Assembly: GCA_047495785.1 (NCBI GenBank) | Contig: JBLDXI010000075.1 | Span: 1-64,000, forward strand | From: Lepidodermella squamata | Lineage: Eukaryota > Animalia > Gastrotricha | DNA: 64,000 bases | Reading direction: 5' to 3' | Shown here: positions 26,601 to 37,502 of the stretch, in pieces | Layout of the letters: every line of letters begins with the position of its first letter | Position numbering within the stretch: position 1 is the first letter of the stretch | The notes under the pieces: model-generated | Database searches by the model: none | Told to the model about the DNA's origin: nothing | What the model saw: the letters and a program-made list of their open reading frames with translations, nothing else | Position numbers and translations under genes: made by a program

Positions 26601-29600
26601 TGTGTTATGATCGGCGAATGCTTTGTTCAGATAGGACTGTAGGAATTCGGTCTTCAACAGCCCGGAATCGATTCTCAATATTCTGCTGAGTTTGGAGTAG
26701 CTTGAGTTGACGTGGCCATACTGCAAGTTACGTAGAACTCTTCTGATACCACAACGTCTTACCGGGCGAGGGAACCGAAAGTAGTGATGGCTGAGTTCAT
26801 GATCGGTTTCGCATTTGTCGAAAATAGCTAGAAACCTGCTGGTTTGGCGATGATCTTCATTCCGATCTTCCTTTGCTTCGACAGTCGTAAAATCAAAATC
26901 AAAATCCATGTGTAAGCTTAAATATTTGCGCTATAAGTGATAACATATGAAGAGTGGAGCTGTGGTATTAGGTCGTGTATATACCTATTTGTTTAAAACT
27001 GACGCAATACGTAATAAGGCATGGCATGATTCATCCCGTATGCAAACATCAATGCGCATGATTCATCATATTGATTATTTGGTGCGTTGGTAAAAAAGGC
27101 TTAGGAATATCTAAATTATGCGTTGGAGAATAGAAAGTAATAGCTGTAAGCTGTGAAGCAAATTTTGAAATTGTAGTTTAATGGTTTAGTTTAATAGAAC
27201 ATCTATTAATTTATGTTCTATGTATATGCTAACTATTAAGGTTGTCAGGATGCGCCAGTGTTGAACGGGATTTACAATCATTAAATCATTCATTATTTGA
27301 CTGAAGAAACGTAACAGCAAACTCACTGGAGGTGAACGTTATCTATCAATTCTTTTATAGGTGGGAAAATGGTATTACTCTGGCAGTTTTTTCAATCGAT
27401 TCTATTTTCGACTACGCTCCCGAGATGTTGGCGCGATCTCTCCTCAGTTTCATTAACAAGTCAAAAAGTCGTAGGAACTCCACGTTATCGATTTCTTACA
27501 ACCCCAAACGCTTTACGATTAAACTGTTTGAAGCCGAATCTGCCAAAGCTTCGCTGGATTCTTCATATGGTTCAATAAATGCAAGCAATCATAGCAGCCT
27601 AACTGAGAACCCTCAATGGCCATACATCGAGATTCAAATTCTCAACGTGACTCGCAATGTGGACGGCTCCATTTCTGGATTTATCGACCCGAATCGGCCT
27701 GATACTACCATACCGGCTGATTATATTATGCCTTTAAAACGCAGTCATTTCGAGCAGGATGCGGCAAGCATACCGAATGACAGCCTCGGCCTTATTGAGT
27801 TGACCTACGGCAATCCCTACGTGTGCTGGTCACGTTCGTATGAATATCTTGAAAATCGCGCCCTAGTTCAATTCTCATCGCCATGCCATCAACTGCGACC
27901 CTATGTCATTCCCGCTTTTACGAACTTGCCATTTTTCCAAGACGAAAAGCCATGCAACCTCTCTGAAATTCTGGTCAATGTTCAGAATCTAACGGCTGAG
28001 GATCCGAATCTTTGTGCATTTACATCCGCTTTCACGCCACAAGAAAAGGCGAGTTTCGTGACAACCTTGGCAATCTGTTTGGAGATTATTGAGCAGTTAA
28101 CTGACGCGGCTTATTTCTTGTATGGTGGCACACTGATTGGCTACTGGCGGCATAATGGCACGATTATTCCATGGGATGATGACGGTAAGTTGTTCTTTTA
28201 TGTATTCGATTTCAAACTACGTTATGTGGTTTTAATCAATGGAAAATACAGACAGGGAAAAAGACCATTAAGACCACATTTTACGAGAAAAAAACGCTTT
28301 TTCGTTGAGGTCAGATAGTACCGATTACCAATGCTCCATATTTCATATTTCAACAAGAATAAGTTTTAAAAGGGTGCTAATGCTTAATCACCAGTGTCTG
28401 CAGCTTATCAGCCCAGACAGGGTAGAAAATGATTGCGAAACTGCTGAATGAGTAAGCGATTTCCAGGCACGCCAGTGTAAGCAACTGATGCATCCACTTG
28501 TTGACTACTGCCATTAGAAAGAATCCCCCTCCAAACATTGTTGCGGCATTTAAGACTGCAATCCTTACGGTGGAAACATCTAAACGAAACATTGCTTGCG
28601 TGATAAGTATTTTGGTTTCGAAAAGCCGAGCAGTAGAGATCACTAGCAATATCAGATTGAATCCAGCGAACCCTGCGGACCATGCTGGTAGGTCTTTGGC
28701 GTAGCATCTCTCCGAAGTATTCACGAAGTAGGTGTCAAGTTCGTAATCAAAGGAAATTGCGCTAGTTTCTTTCGCTTTTGTAATCGGATCAGAAACTAAG
28801 AGCCAGATTAAGAGAAGGATAGTGCACATGATTGTACTGCTACCAACTACCCTTGTCCCATTGATTGCCATGCGCTTTGAGGTTTGCAAATTATTGGAGG
28901 GTTTTCTGCCTTTAGTAAAGTGCCGATGAAATTTCGACCTGATAGATCCCGTTTCCCTCCTCCGCTGCTCCGTTAGACTCACTAATGTTAGCGATCTAAA
29001 GCATAGTACACTGTTTATAACAGAAAATCCCATCACTGGAAGAATAGCTATCCAGGAGCATTCATTTATCGGTCGAATTTGGACAAGTACGGCTATATCG
29101 AGGGTGATGCATCCAAATGCTATGAAAAGACCTCCAGGGAAGTCGAAAAATACAGCGAAACATGGGGTTTTTGATTCGCAAACGAAGATAACGCACGCTT
29201 TAACGACGACGCCAATTTTAACAATCACTAGGACTGCAGTGATGGAAGAGAGGATTATTATGACCTCTGATGGCATCTGTAAGCTGACGATTTCGATTTG
29301 GGACAAATCATTCGGCGGTAATCCCGATCCAGTGGCCCAGAGTGGCGATATGGGAAAATCCCAAAAGGGCTCTATCGCAACATTTGATAAATTCAAGCTC
29401 CCGTGATCCGGATCTTTAATGAAAACGTTAAAAATATGAAGGATTGTTCTGTTGACGAGCTGCGATATGGATTGATTTTCGCTGTCAACCTCCAGTCTAG
29501 GCGAGAAATTGATGCGACTCGCTCGGACCGTTGAGATGTTCAATTTAGCTGCAGATTGATGCAAAACTTGGAATACCAACTCAGGTTTACTGCGGTAGTC

Positions 29601-32139
29601 AGCTAATGATAAGTTATAGTGATTTCTTAGTTTGTAATCTGTCGTGTTTAGCGTGAAGATAGCAGCCATCATGACATCTTGACAGAAGAGCCTGACGCCA
29701 TAGTCTGCAACTTCTTTACCGGGCCTACCAACAGCTGTACTAAGGCGATCTTCAAATTCGGAAACATTGTATCCTAGACTGCTTTTTCCGCTAAAAACAT
29801 TTGCATATACTTTTGTGAGTCCGATCCAAAATGTTGCTCGCATTTGTGGTTCAATCATGTCGTAGTTCGAGCACTCAGCAGGAAGTCGTGAATTGCTAGT
29901 TAGAGCGCAGCTGTAAAGTGCCACGAACAAGTAATGAGGAGGCGTGGCACCAGTTTTGTAAGTCTGGCACCATAAACGGCGGCAGAATATTAATTGCATG
30001 GTCGCGATGAAATAAATTCTCGCATCGCCCGACTTTATTTCGTCAAGATAGTCCGTAGTGGTGAAATCAACCGATACAACTGTTGTAACTACCTTTATGC
30101 CGCTATCGCTCGCAATTTCAACGAAATATTTTGCAAGACTATAATCCTCAAGACGCGTCGAAGTTATCACTCCAACTTGTCGCCATTTTCCTATCTCAGT
30201 CATGAATTTGATCGCTGCGTAAATGACATTTTCCATGGGTATTTGAGGTCGGAAAAGGGCTGCACGGGTGTTCCGTTGAGTTAAAAAATTGATAGCTCCA
30301 CAACCATAGGAAAAATGTATCGATTTGTAAAATTTGAACAATAAGGATGAAAACTGGCAATTGACCTGCTGGCCCACAAAAACTGGAGCTAGAAATGTTT
30401 TGCTGTCGGAGTAAGATCGATCAGACTCCATAACGTTGATTACGCTTGGAATAACGCCAATTCCATCGACTGCTTCGTCCTCAGGCTGGATTTCGAGGTG
30501 GTAGTCAGGCAGAATGTCAGGCCTTCGGTTCGCTTCGTCTACTGCGATACGATAAGACGCCAGACAAATAGTGCCGTTTGTTTGCTGTATGTAGTTGTTT
30601 AGTGAGATGAAGCTAGGTATCCTGAGAACGTTTGCTCTGTTTGCAAAAAGTGGCTCAATTGTTAGACTAGCGGCGACTATCATTTTAAGAATGTTCATCA
30701 TCTTGCTGAACTAAGCCGTGTGAGCAACGCGTAAGTCATCAGTTGTTGTCGACTGTTTCACGCTGGCTAATTTAGTAATCTTCTCGATGCCAACCTTTTT
30801 CAAGTGTTAGAAAGCAACGTCGGTTGCAACTCTAATTAGCATTGACCTCTCCCACACAACTTTGAACAACACATTCGAATCATGACGACGAGGTCGTTCG
30901 ACCAGTTAGGAATTATCCATCCTGTACTCGCACGTGAAAGATTGTCTATTTAGACAGCTAATTTGCTAGCTCAAGATAAGTCTATATAGACACTAGACAA
31001 GAGTTCTACCTGCTTTATGACTTGCTGTAAAAGCGCAATAATAGCTACTTTAGATTAAACTTTTCTTGTTGAAGTACCTGTGTAAAATTACGGTCAAGCG
31101 GCCAGAGTGCTTTCAATAGATCGTTCGTATCGTGAATAAAGTTCCCAAGTGACATTTCTTCGGAAATCGTTAGTCTCCTGAGTCGATGTGCATCGAAATT
31201 TCATTGTGAATTAAATACGGGTAGAATTAACGCCGGAATCTATCTAAAATTGAGTGAATTTATTAAATTAGAGTTGAGAAACCAGATCAATTTAGAATAA
31301 ACACTTTTTTCGTATCCTGGAAAAATATGAAAAATTCACTTGGCACCTTTATTCGCGATACCAACGAAATATCAACCCGCTAGTCGTAATCACGTCTACC
31401 TCATTCGAATAAGATCGCTTGTGACTGCGAAACCCGACAACTTCCTATCACCCACTTTGATTTATACCTGGTTCTTACCTATAATTAAAACTAATTTTGG
31501 TTTTTGCTGCAGCTGATATCGCCTTAATTCCAATGAATCCATCTCGTGGTCCATCGTATTATGCCAATCAGATGGAGAAGTTGACGAAGCGTTACCCCGG
31601 CTACGCGATACACTACGTTGCCGACCAAATGCGCTTCAAGTTTTTCGGAACTCGAACGCACAACTCACGGGTCATCGGCCAGGGTGACTACTCGTATGCA
31701 TGGCGGTGGCCTTTTGTTGACGTACAGATCATGAAAAGTGTGTTCACGACCAAACGCAAAATCAAGGAAATAGCCGATGCAAGTGGCTACGTTTCTTTCA
31801 AATACCCTGCCTCTATGGTGTTTCCGCTTCGACGAGTCTCTTTCGAGTCGATACCTACCTACGTGCCAGCGAATACCAAAGCTGCTGTCGAGCAAAACTA
31901 CGACATTCGAGTGTGCAAAGCTGCTTATTATAAGTGAGTTAAAGAAATATGATTATTCGGTTAAAATGCTGACAATTTTCGAGAAATTCTTCGGAATATA
32001 GTCAATGTGTATGGTTTAGGTAACTTTTATTCATTTTTGCAGCCATCGTTTCGAGGAACGAGTTCCGGTGGAGAAACAAGTCACCAAGCCGTGCAGCGAA
32101 ATAGCCAGAAAGCTCGGCTATGTGATGACCAATATTTAG
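23608..32139 (+). CDS. Tandem LicD/fukutin-family protein B (hosts two nested genes)
   Basis: Exons 23608-24272, 27361-28184, 31513-31933, 32043-32139 join in frame at GT-AG sites. Motifs GNSLLGHYRH..IPWENG, GGTLIGYWRH..IPWDDDADI and WPFVDV. Ends YVMTNI. Confidence 0.85.
25761..26909 (-). CDS. Intronless ankyrin-repeat / SOCS-box (ASB-like) protein, nested in intron 1 of LicD gene B
   Basis: Ankyrin-like LIKNGANL and TILTYACVEGKQDLIMKLL; C-terminal SOCS box PMRLQFMARMAV...LPLPLRNYL. Confidence 0.8.
   Translation of the reverse strand: MDFDFDFTTVEAKEDRNEDHRQTSRFLAIFDKCETDHELSHHYFRFPRPVRRCGIRRVLRNLQYGHVNSSYSKLSRILRIDSGLLKTEFLQSYLNKAFADHNTIFAEELIELGVIGSLCRAFRSSCSDHALMTLIKNGANLLEIERDTCYTILTYACVEGKQDLIMKLLDLENSEQLVKHGGDHTLTWMVHAGELDMASWLVISPKTECLARLSEEAARSGYLESPLDLVSSRISAIAEGEDDSRVVTFIKSMVLAGCRTSHSYYQLVAIARLATAANRLPIYDYEVDFIDLLLSTKRDSSYEEFESHESQEINELARSSAHIVFPMRLQFMARMAVLNSLPIGYVSRMAAIDEGLKPYLPLPLRNYLKFQMEYRSQNCYLG
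28377..30701 (-). CDS. Intronless class C (GABA-B-like) GPCR, nested in intron 2 of LicD gene B
   Basis: 774 aa: signal peptide, Venus-flytrap start AVDEANRRPDILPDYHL, no Cys-rich domain, seven hydrophobic helices (WLLVSDP in TM4, IIFYP in TM7), very short C-tail. Confidence 0.88.
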   Translation of the reverse strand: MMNILKMIVAASLTIEPLFANRANVLRIPSFISLNNYIQQTNGTICLASYRIAVDEANRRPDILPDYHLEIQPEDEAVDGIGVIPSVINVMESDRSYSDSKTFLAPVFVGQQVNCQFSSLLFKFYKSIHFSYGCGAINFLTQRNTRAALFRPQIPMENVIYAAIKFMTEIGKWRQVGVITSTRLEDYSLAKYFVEIASDSGIKVVTTVVSVDFTTTDYLDEIKSGDARIYFIATMQLIFCRRLWCQTYKTGATPPHYLFVALYSCALTSNSRLPAECSNYDMIEPQMRATFWIGLTKVYANVFSGKSSLGYNVSEFEDRLSTAVGRPGKEVADYGVRLFCQDVMMAAIFTLNTTDYKLRNHYNLSLADYRSKPELVFQVLHQSAAKLNISTVRASRINFSPRLEVDSENQSISQLVNRTILHIFNVFIKDPDHGSLNLSNVAIEPFWDFPISPLWATGSGLPPNDLSQIEIVSLQMPSEVIIILSSITAVLVIVKIGVVVKACVIFVCESKTPCFAVFFDFPGGLFIAFGCITLDIAVLVQIRPINECSWIAILPVMGFSVINSVLCFRSLTLVSLTEQRRRETGSIRSKFHRHFTKGRKPSNNLQTSKRMAINGTRVVGSSTIMCTILLLIWLLVSDPITKAKETSAISFDYELDTYFVNTSERCYAKDLPAWSAGFAGFNLILLVISTARLFETKILITQAMFRLDVSTVRIAVLNAATMFGGGFFLMAVVNKWMHQLLTLACLEIAYSFSSFAIIFYPVWADKLQTLVIKH

Positions 32140-32884
32140 GACCACAATTCATCGCTACAGTGATACTCGGTTTAAAGCGAATAGCAGGAACCGATCTTGG
32201 CGAGCAAACAAATAGATGCTATTATTAGTGACTTTAACAGTCGTGCTATTGAATGCTGCGAAGTTTGAGATTGTTTTCCAGCATGTTCTACATTGAGACC
32301 TTGGGCCTTGACTATTTTTCGCCGTATCGACCGTAAAGGTGGCGTTATTTCTTCGGTTGTGGTATGGGTCACTCGCTCCTTTCTGAAACGATGATGATAA
32401 TCACCTGGTAATGTGTAATGCCTTTGTCCTACCTTGTCAGTGCCTATTTCGACCAACAGCTGAATTTTTTATTTTCCACGTCGCCTGATGCTTATGCTAT
32501 GAATGATAAACGTGAAAACCTTGATTTGAAATGACAGATGAATTCGGAATGAATAAACAATTCCTATCATTTTTAATTCTTCTCTTCGAATCGACTTTTT
32601 TTCAAGAGGATAGTAAATTAACCGATGGCGAACCAGTGAATCGAATTCGCTAAATGCTAAATTCGGCTCTTGAGACGGGGTGAAGCAAAAGGGCAACATG
32701 GAATTTTATAGTTTTCTTCAGGAATAATCATATCGCAGCTTTTCTTTCAAGTAAGCGGCGCATGAGGATTGTTGAACGTTTCCCCGAATTTCCTTGACTC
32801 TCTCGCTCGCTAGCAGCAAGATTTGGCGGAGAAGCTATCATTCAAAGTTCGCTTTAGTTCGAAATAACAGTTGATAATAACCAA

Positions 32885-32966
32885 GCTGCTATGCCCGAGT
32901 GGTTAAGGGGTCTGACTTGAAATCAGATGCGGTCTCCGCGCGTAGGTTCAAATCCTACTGGCAGCG
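32885..32966 (+). tRNA. tRNA-Ser(TGA)
   Basis: 82 nt with long variable arm, loop CT-TGA-AA, G discriminator. Confidence 0.92.
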
Positions 32967-33329
32967 ATAACATTTAGAATTTCAGCTTCAGCTGTGAGAT
33001 ATCAAGTGATATGTGAAAGTAAAAAGCGGCACTTTCTAACGTGAATCAAAAGGCAAAAAAATACTTTTTACTATCACCTCACACCTCACATCTTCAAACT
33101 GACTTGGATTACAGTAGATCCGTGTTATTTAACAATGCTAACGATATGTCAACTTGAATGTCAAAACGCAAGAGTGGTTAATTCGCAATCCGATTCGCAA
33201 TTTGTTGCCTGAATTCACGCATTGCCCGGCACCTCTTTGGCCACCCGTAACGAATGGGCTTGTCGCTCGGCAACACGACTTGCATAGGTTTAGCAACATA
33301 GCAGCTGACTCCATTTTTGTCAAAAAAGA

Positions 33330-33403
33330 AGGTTCCGGCGGGGTTCGAACCCGCGACCTTCTGCGTGTAAAGCAGACGTGATGAACCACTACACAACGGA
33401 ACC
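33330..33403 (-). tRNA. tRNA-Val(TAC)
   Basis: Reverse complement GGTTCCGTTGTGTAGTGG...; loop TT-TAC-AC. Confidence 0.92.
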
Positions 33404-33475
33404 TGTTAACACTGAAGATCGAATACAGACCTTTGAAGTTTGAGAATTTGCCTAATTTGTTACAGTTTCAAAAAT

Positions 33476-33547
33476 TGGAGATGCCGGGGTTTGAACCCGG
33501 GACATCTTACATGCAAAGCAAGCGCTCTACCACTGAGCTACATCCCC
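33476..33547 (-). tRNA. tRNA-Ala(TGC)
   Basis: Near-identical to 16448-16519. Confidence 0.92.
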
Positions 33548-33619
33548 ATATGATTTGAAGGAACCTTAACTTTCAAATCAGTGGTCCCAAGGAAAACTGA
33601 ATTAGAAAAAATGTGGGCG

Positions 33620-33780
33620 AGGTTCTCCGGCAGGGACCAGTGATCTTCTCCGTGTGAAGGAGACCTGGATGTTGAAGATTCACAGTACTAACGTCAACCA
33701 CGCTGAACCTGCACTATGAATCAACCTGCACTGTTAATCTTAAAAACGCGAAGCTGCCCCCTGTGACCTGTGAGGATCGA
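33620..33780 (-). pseudogene. Fragments of tRNA-Val(CAC) and the tRNA-Met 3' end
   Basis: CTTCTCCGTGTGAAGGAGAC (Val anticodon arm) and TGCCCCCTGTGA...GGATCGA (Met 3' end), truncated at the edge of the GPCR duplication. Confidence 0.7.
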
Positions 33781-33906
33781 GGTGAATTTTATCATTGGAA
33801 AAACGGACATAATATATTAAGCGTATTCGAGACCACATTTCTTGAGAATAATATCGCTTTATCATTGAGGTCAAATTTCAGCAAGAATATTAGTTTTAAA
33901 AGTGCG

Positions 33907-36249
33907 CTAATGCTTAATCACCAGTGTCTGTAGCTTATCAGCCCAGACAGGGTAGAAAATGATTGCGAAGCTGCTGAATGAGTAAGCGATTTCCAGGCAC
34001 GCCAGTGTGAGCAACTGATGCATCCACTTGTTGACTACTGCCGTTAGAAAGAATCCTCCTCCAAATATTGTTGCGGCATTTAAGACCGCAATCCTTACGG
34101 TTGATACATCTAAGCGAAACATTGCTTGCGTGATTAGTATTTTGGTTTCGAAAAGCCGAGCAGTAGAGATCACTAGCAATATCAGATTGAATCCCGCGAA
34201 CCCGGCCGACCACGCTGGGAGGTCTTTAGCGTAACATCTCTCTGACGTATTCGTGTAGTAGGTGTCAAGTTCATAATCAAAGGAAACATCGCTAGTTTCT
34301 TGTACTCTTCTTATAGGGTCAGAAACTAGGAGCCAGACAATGAGAAGAATAATGCATATGATTAAACAGCTACCGACTACCCTTGTCTCATTGATCGCCA
34401 TGCGCTTTGAAGTTTGATTTCCTTGGAAACTAGTATGCTCATGATTCGACGATCTCCTGCTTGTAGTAAGGCGCCGATGAAATTTCGACCTGTGTGAACC
34501 CGTTTCCCTCCGCCGCTGCTCCGTTAGACGCACTAATGTTAGCGATCTAAAGCATAGTACTCCATTTATAACAGAAAATCCAATCACTGACAGGATTGCT
34601 ATCCAGGAGCAATCTTTTGTGGGTAGAATTTGGGTGAGTGCGGCTATATCTAGTGTTATACATCCAAATGCTATGAATAGACCTCCTGGAAAGTCGAAAA
34701 ATACCGCAAAATATTGGGCTTGCGATTGGCAGATGAAGATAACGCATGCTTTCGTGATTAAGCCAATTTTAACAACCGCAAGGACTGAAGCGATACAAGA
34801 CAGGATTATTATGAGCTCAGATGCCATCTGTAAGCTGACGATTTCAATTTGTGACAGATCCCTAGGCGGTAATCCCGACTTCGTTGCCCAGAGAGGCGAT
34901 ATGGGTAGATTCCAAAAGGGCTCAATAGCGAAATTTGATAAATTCAAACTTAGTTCTAGATCTCTCATGAAAACGTTATAAATGTGAAGGGCTGTGTTAT
35001 TGATGAGCTGAGATATGGATTGATTTTCGCTGTCAACCTCTAGTCTAGGCGAGAATTTGATGCGACTCGTTCTAACTGTTGCAATGTCCAGTCTAGCTGC
35101 AGATTGATTCAAAACTTGGAATACCAAATCAGGTTTACTGCGGTAGTCCGCCAATGTTAAATTGTAGCGATTTCTCAGGTTGTGATCTGTTGCGTTTAGC
35201 GTGAAGATGGCAGCCATCATGACGTCTTGACAGAAGAGCCTGACGCCATAATCTGCAACTTCTTTACCGGGCCTTCCAACAGCTTTACTAAGGCGATCTT
35301 CAAATTCGGAAACATTGTATCCTAGACTGCTTCTCCCGTTGAAAAAACTTCCGTATACTTTTGTGAGTCCTATCCAAAATGTTGCTCTCATTTGTTGTTC
35401 AATCATGTCGTAGTTCGAGCACTCAGCAGGCAGTCGTGAATTGCTAGTTAGAGCGCAGCTATAAAGTGCTACGAACAAGTAACGAGGAGCCGTGACACCA
35501 GCTCTGAAAGTTTGGCACCATAATCGCCAGCAGAATAATGAACGCATGGTTGCGACGAAATAAATTCTCGCGTCGCCTGACTTTATTTCTTCAAGATAGT
35601 CCGCAGCGTCGAAATCTACTGATACAACTGTTGTAACCACTTTTATGCCGTTTTCATTCGCAATTTCCACGAAATTCTTCGCTAGACTGTAATCCTCAAG
35701 GCGCGTCGAAGTTATCACTCCAACTTGTCGCCATTTTCCTATCTCAGTCATAAATTTCATTGCTGCGTAAATGACATTTTCCATAGGTATTTGAGGTCGG
35801 AAAAGAGCTGAGTGGGTGTTCCGTTGAGTCAACAGATTGATAGCTGCGCAACCGTAAGAAAAGTGAATCGATTTATAGAACTTGAGCAATGGTGCTGAAA
35901 ATTGGCAATTGACTTGCTGGCCCACAAAAACAGGGGCCAGTAGAGTTTTCTCCTCGGAGAGAGATCGATCAGCCTCCATAATGTTAATTACGCTAGGAAT
36001 AACGCCAATTCCATCGACTGCTTCGTCCTCAGGCTGGATTTCGAGATGGTAGTCAGGCAGAATGTCAGGCCTTCGATTAGCTTCGTCAACTGCAATGCGA
36101 TAAGACGCCAGGCAAATAGTGCCGTTTGTTTGTTGTATGTAGTTGTTAAGCGAGATGAAGCTAGGCATCCTGAGAACTTTTGATCTGTTTGCAAAAAGTG
36201 GCTCAATTGTTAAACCAGCGGCTAACATTATTCTAAGAATGTTCATCAT
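33907..36249 (-). CDS. Intronless class C (GABA-B-like) GPCR, paralogue of 28377-30701
   Basis: 780 aa, colinear with the first copy; the last 108 aa differ at only 2 positions. Confidence 0.88.
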   Translation of the reverse strand: MMNILRIMLAAGLTIEPLFANRSKVLRMPSFISLNNYIQQTNGTICLASYRIAVDEANRRPDILPDYHLEIQPEDEAVDGIGVIPSVINIMEADRSLSEEKTLLAPVFVGQQVNCQFSAPLLKFYKSIHFSYGCAAINLLTQRNTHSALFRPQIPMENVIYAAMKFMTEIGKWRQVGVITSTRLEDYSLAKNFVEIANENGIKVVTTVVSVDFDAADYLEEIKSGDARIYFVATMRSLFCWRLWCQTFRAGVTAPRYLFVALYSCALTSNSRLPAECSNYDMIEQQMRATFWIGLTKVYGSFFNGRSSLGYNVSEFEDRLSKAVGRPGKEVADYGVRLFCQDVMMAAIFTLNATDHNLRNRYNLTLADYRSKPDLVFQVLNQSAARLDIATVRTSRIKFSPRLEVDSENQSISQLINNTALHIYNVFMRDLELSLNLSNFAIEPFWNLPISPLWATKSGLPPRDLSQIEIVSLQMASELIIILSCIASVLAVVKIGLITKACVIFICQSQAQYFAVFFDFPGGLFIAFGCITLDIAALTQILPTKDCSWIAILSVIGFSVINGVLCFRSLTLVRLTEQRRRETGSHRSKFHRRLTTSRRSSNHEHTSFQGNQTSKRMAINETRVVGSCLIICIILLIVWLLVSDPIRRVQETSDVSFDYELDTYYTNTSERCYAKDLPAWSAGFAGFNLILLVISTARLFETKILITQAMFRLDVSTVRIAVLNAATIFGGGFFLTAVVNKWMHQLLTLACLEIAYSFSSFAIIFYPVWADKLQTLVIKH

Positions 36250-36801
36250 CTTGCTGAACCAAGCAATTGATGTAATAATCGCGTGAATACTTAGTTGCCG
36301 TCGACGGTTTGATACGACTTGCTAATTTAGACATCTTCTGGATAGCGACCTTTTCGAAACGTGCTAGAAAGCATCGTTGCGAACGTAGAGCAGAGTGCAT
36401 GATTATGTTGATGATTGTACAATTAGCATTGACCTCTCCCCCTCATAAGTTTGAAATGCATGTTCGAAGATTGTCCCTGAGTTCGACTGAGCTAGTGCAA
36501 TCTAGCACGCAATAATGAAGGCAATAATGCACATTTCAAATATCAAGGATATAGAGGTTTAATGCGAGTTTGATCAAAGCGAGTAGATTTTACAGTCTCT
36601 CTCAGGCACGCGTTATCGTAAAGGAAGTGACAAATCTTTGGATGCTAGGTATCCTGAAAACATAAATGTAAGTAGCTAGTAAGTGACCTAGAAGGCGACT
36701 TCAAGCGGTTCACATGCTAAATTATACCATATTCGAGCCCGTTTGGATGTAATACAATTCTCAACAAGCTAAAACTATGTTTTTCCTCTTTTTATCCACA
36801 G

Positions 36802-36881
36802 CTGATATCGCCTTGATCCCGATGTACCCAGCTCGTGTTACATCGTTTTATGCCAACCGGATGGAGAAGCTAACGAAGCGT
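36802..36881 (+). pseudogene. Orphan fragment of LicD gene B exon 3
   Basis: CAG acceptor followed by ADIALIPMYPARVTSFYANRMEKLTKR, versus ADIALIPMNPSRGPSYYANQMEKLTKR at 31513; homology then stops. Confidence 0.8.
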
Positions 36882-37245
36882 TTGGTTATCGAAGAAATTT
36901 TTATGATACAGCTTCAACATCTTTATGGTTGAATAGAGCGTGAGCTAGTGCCTTTAATGGCCACGGCTCGTCTATAGCCGATGAAAACTGTCGTTATAAC
37001 GCCTAGATACAGTGAGGGCTAAAATTCGTAAATTTCCTTAAAAGTGTGCTAAAGGAGGAAATTTAAATTGTAAATTCGAATGATTTCGGCAGTATTGCAT
37101 ATGCAAGAGTGTCCAGTCTCTTATTATTTGTCTATGATTGAATATTAAAACACAAGAGTGGTTATTCGCAAACCGATTCGCAATTTGTTTGGCCACCCGT
37201 AATAAATGGTTTGTGGCTCGGCCCGTTGTCGGTATGTCAAAAAGA

Positions 37246-37319
37246 AGGTTCCGGCGGGGTTCGAACCCGCGACCTTCTGCGTGTAAAGCAGACGTGATGA
37301 ACCACTACACAACGGAACC
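37246..37319 (-). tRNA. tRNA-Val(TAC)
   Basis: Same sequence as 33330-33403. Confidence 0.92.
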
Positions 37320-37384
37320 TGTTCATTCTAGAGACCAAAAAGAGGTCTTTGAAGTTCGCTAAAATTAGTTACAGCTTCAAAAAT

Positions 37385-37456
37385 TGGAGATGCCGGGGTT
37401 CGAACCCGGGACATCTTACATGCAAAGCAAGCGCTCTACCACTGAGCTACATCCCC
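37385..37456 (-). tRNA. tRNA-Ala(TGC)
   Basis: Near-identical to 33476-33547. Confidence 0.92.
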
Positions 37457-37502
37457 ACATGACTTCAAAAAGCTTTGATCCTCTTTTAATGGCAACGGAA
37501 CC

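Noticed and set aside
32885-32966. Possible selenocysteine or opal suppressor tRNA
   Set aside because: The anticodon is TGA (reads UCA, Ser), not TCA, and the arm lengths are those of an ordinary Ser tRNA.
28408-36206. Similar antisense or alternate-frame ORFs repeated in both GPCR copies
   Set aside because: Shadows of the duplicated GPCR reading frame.
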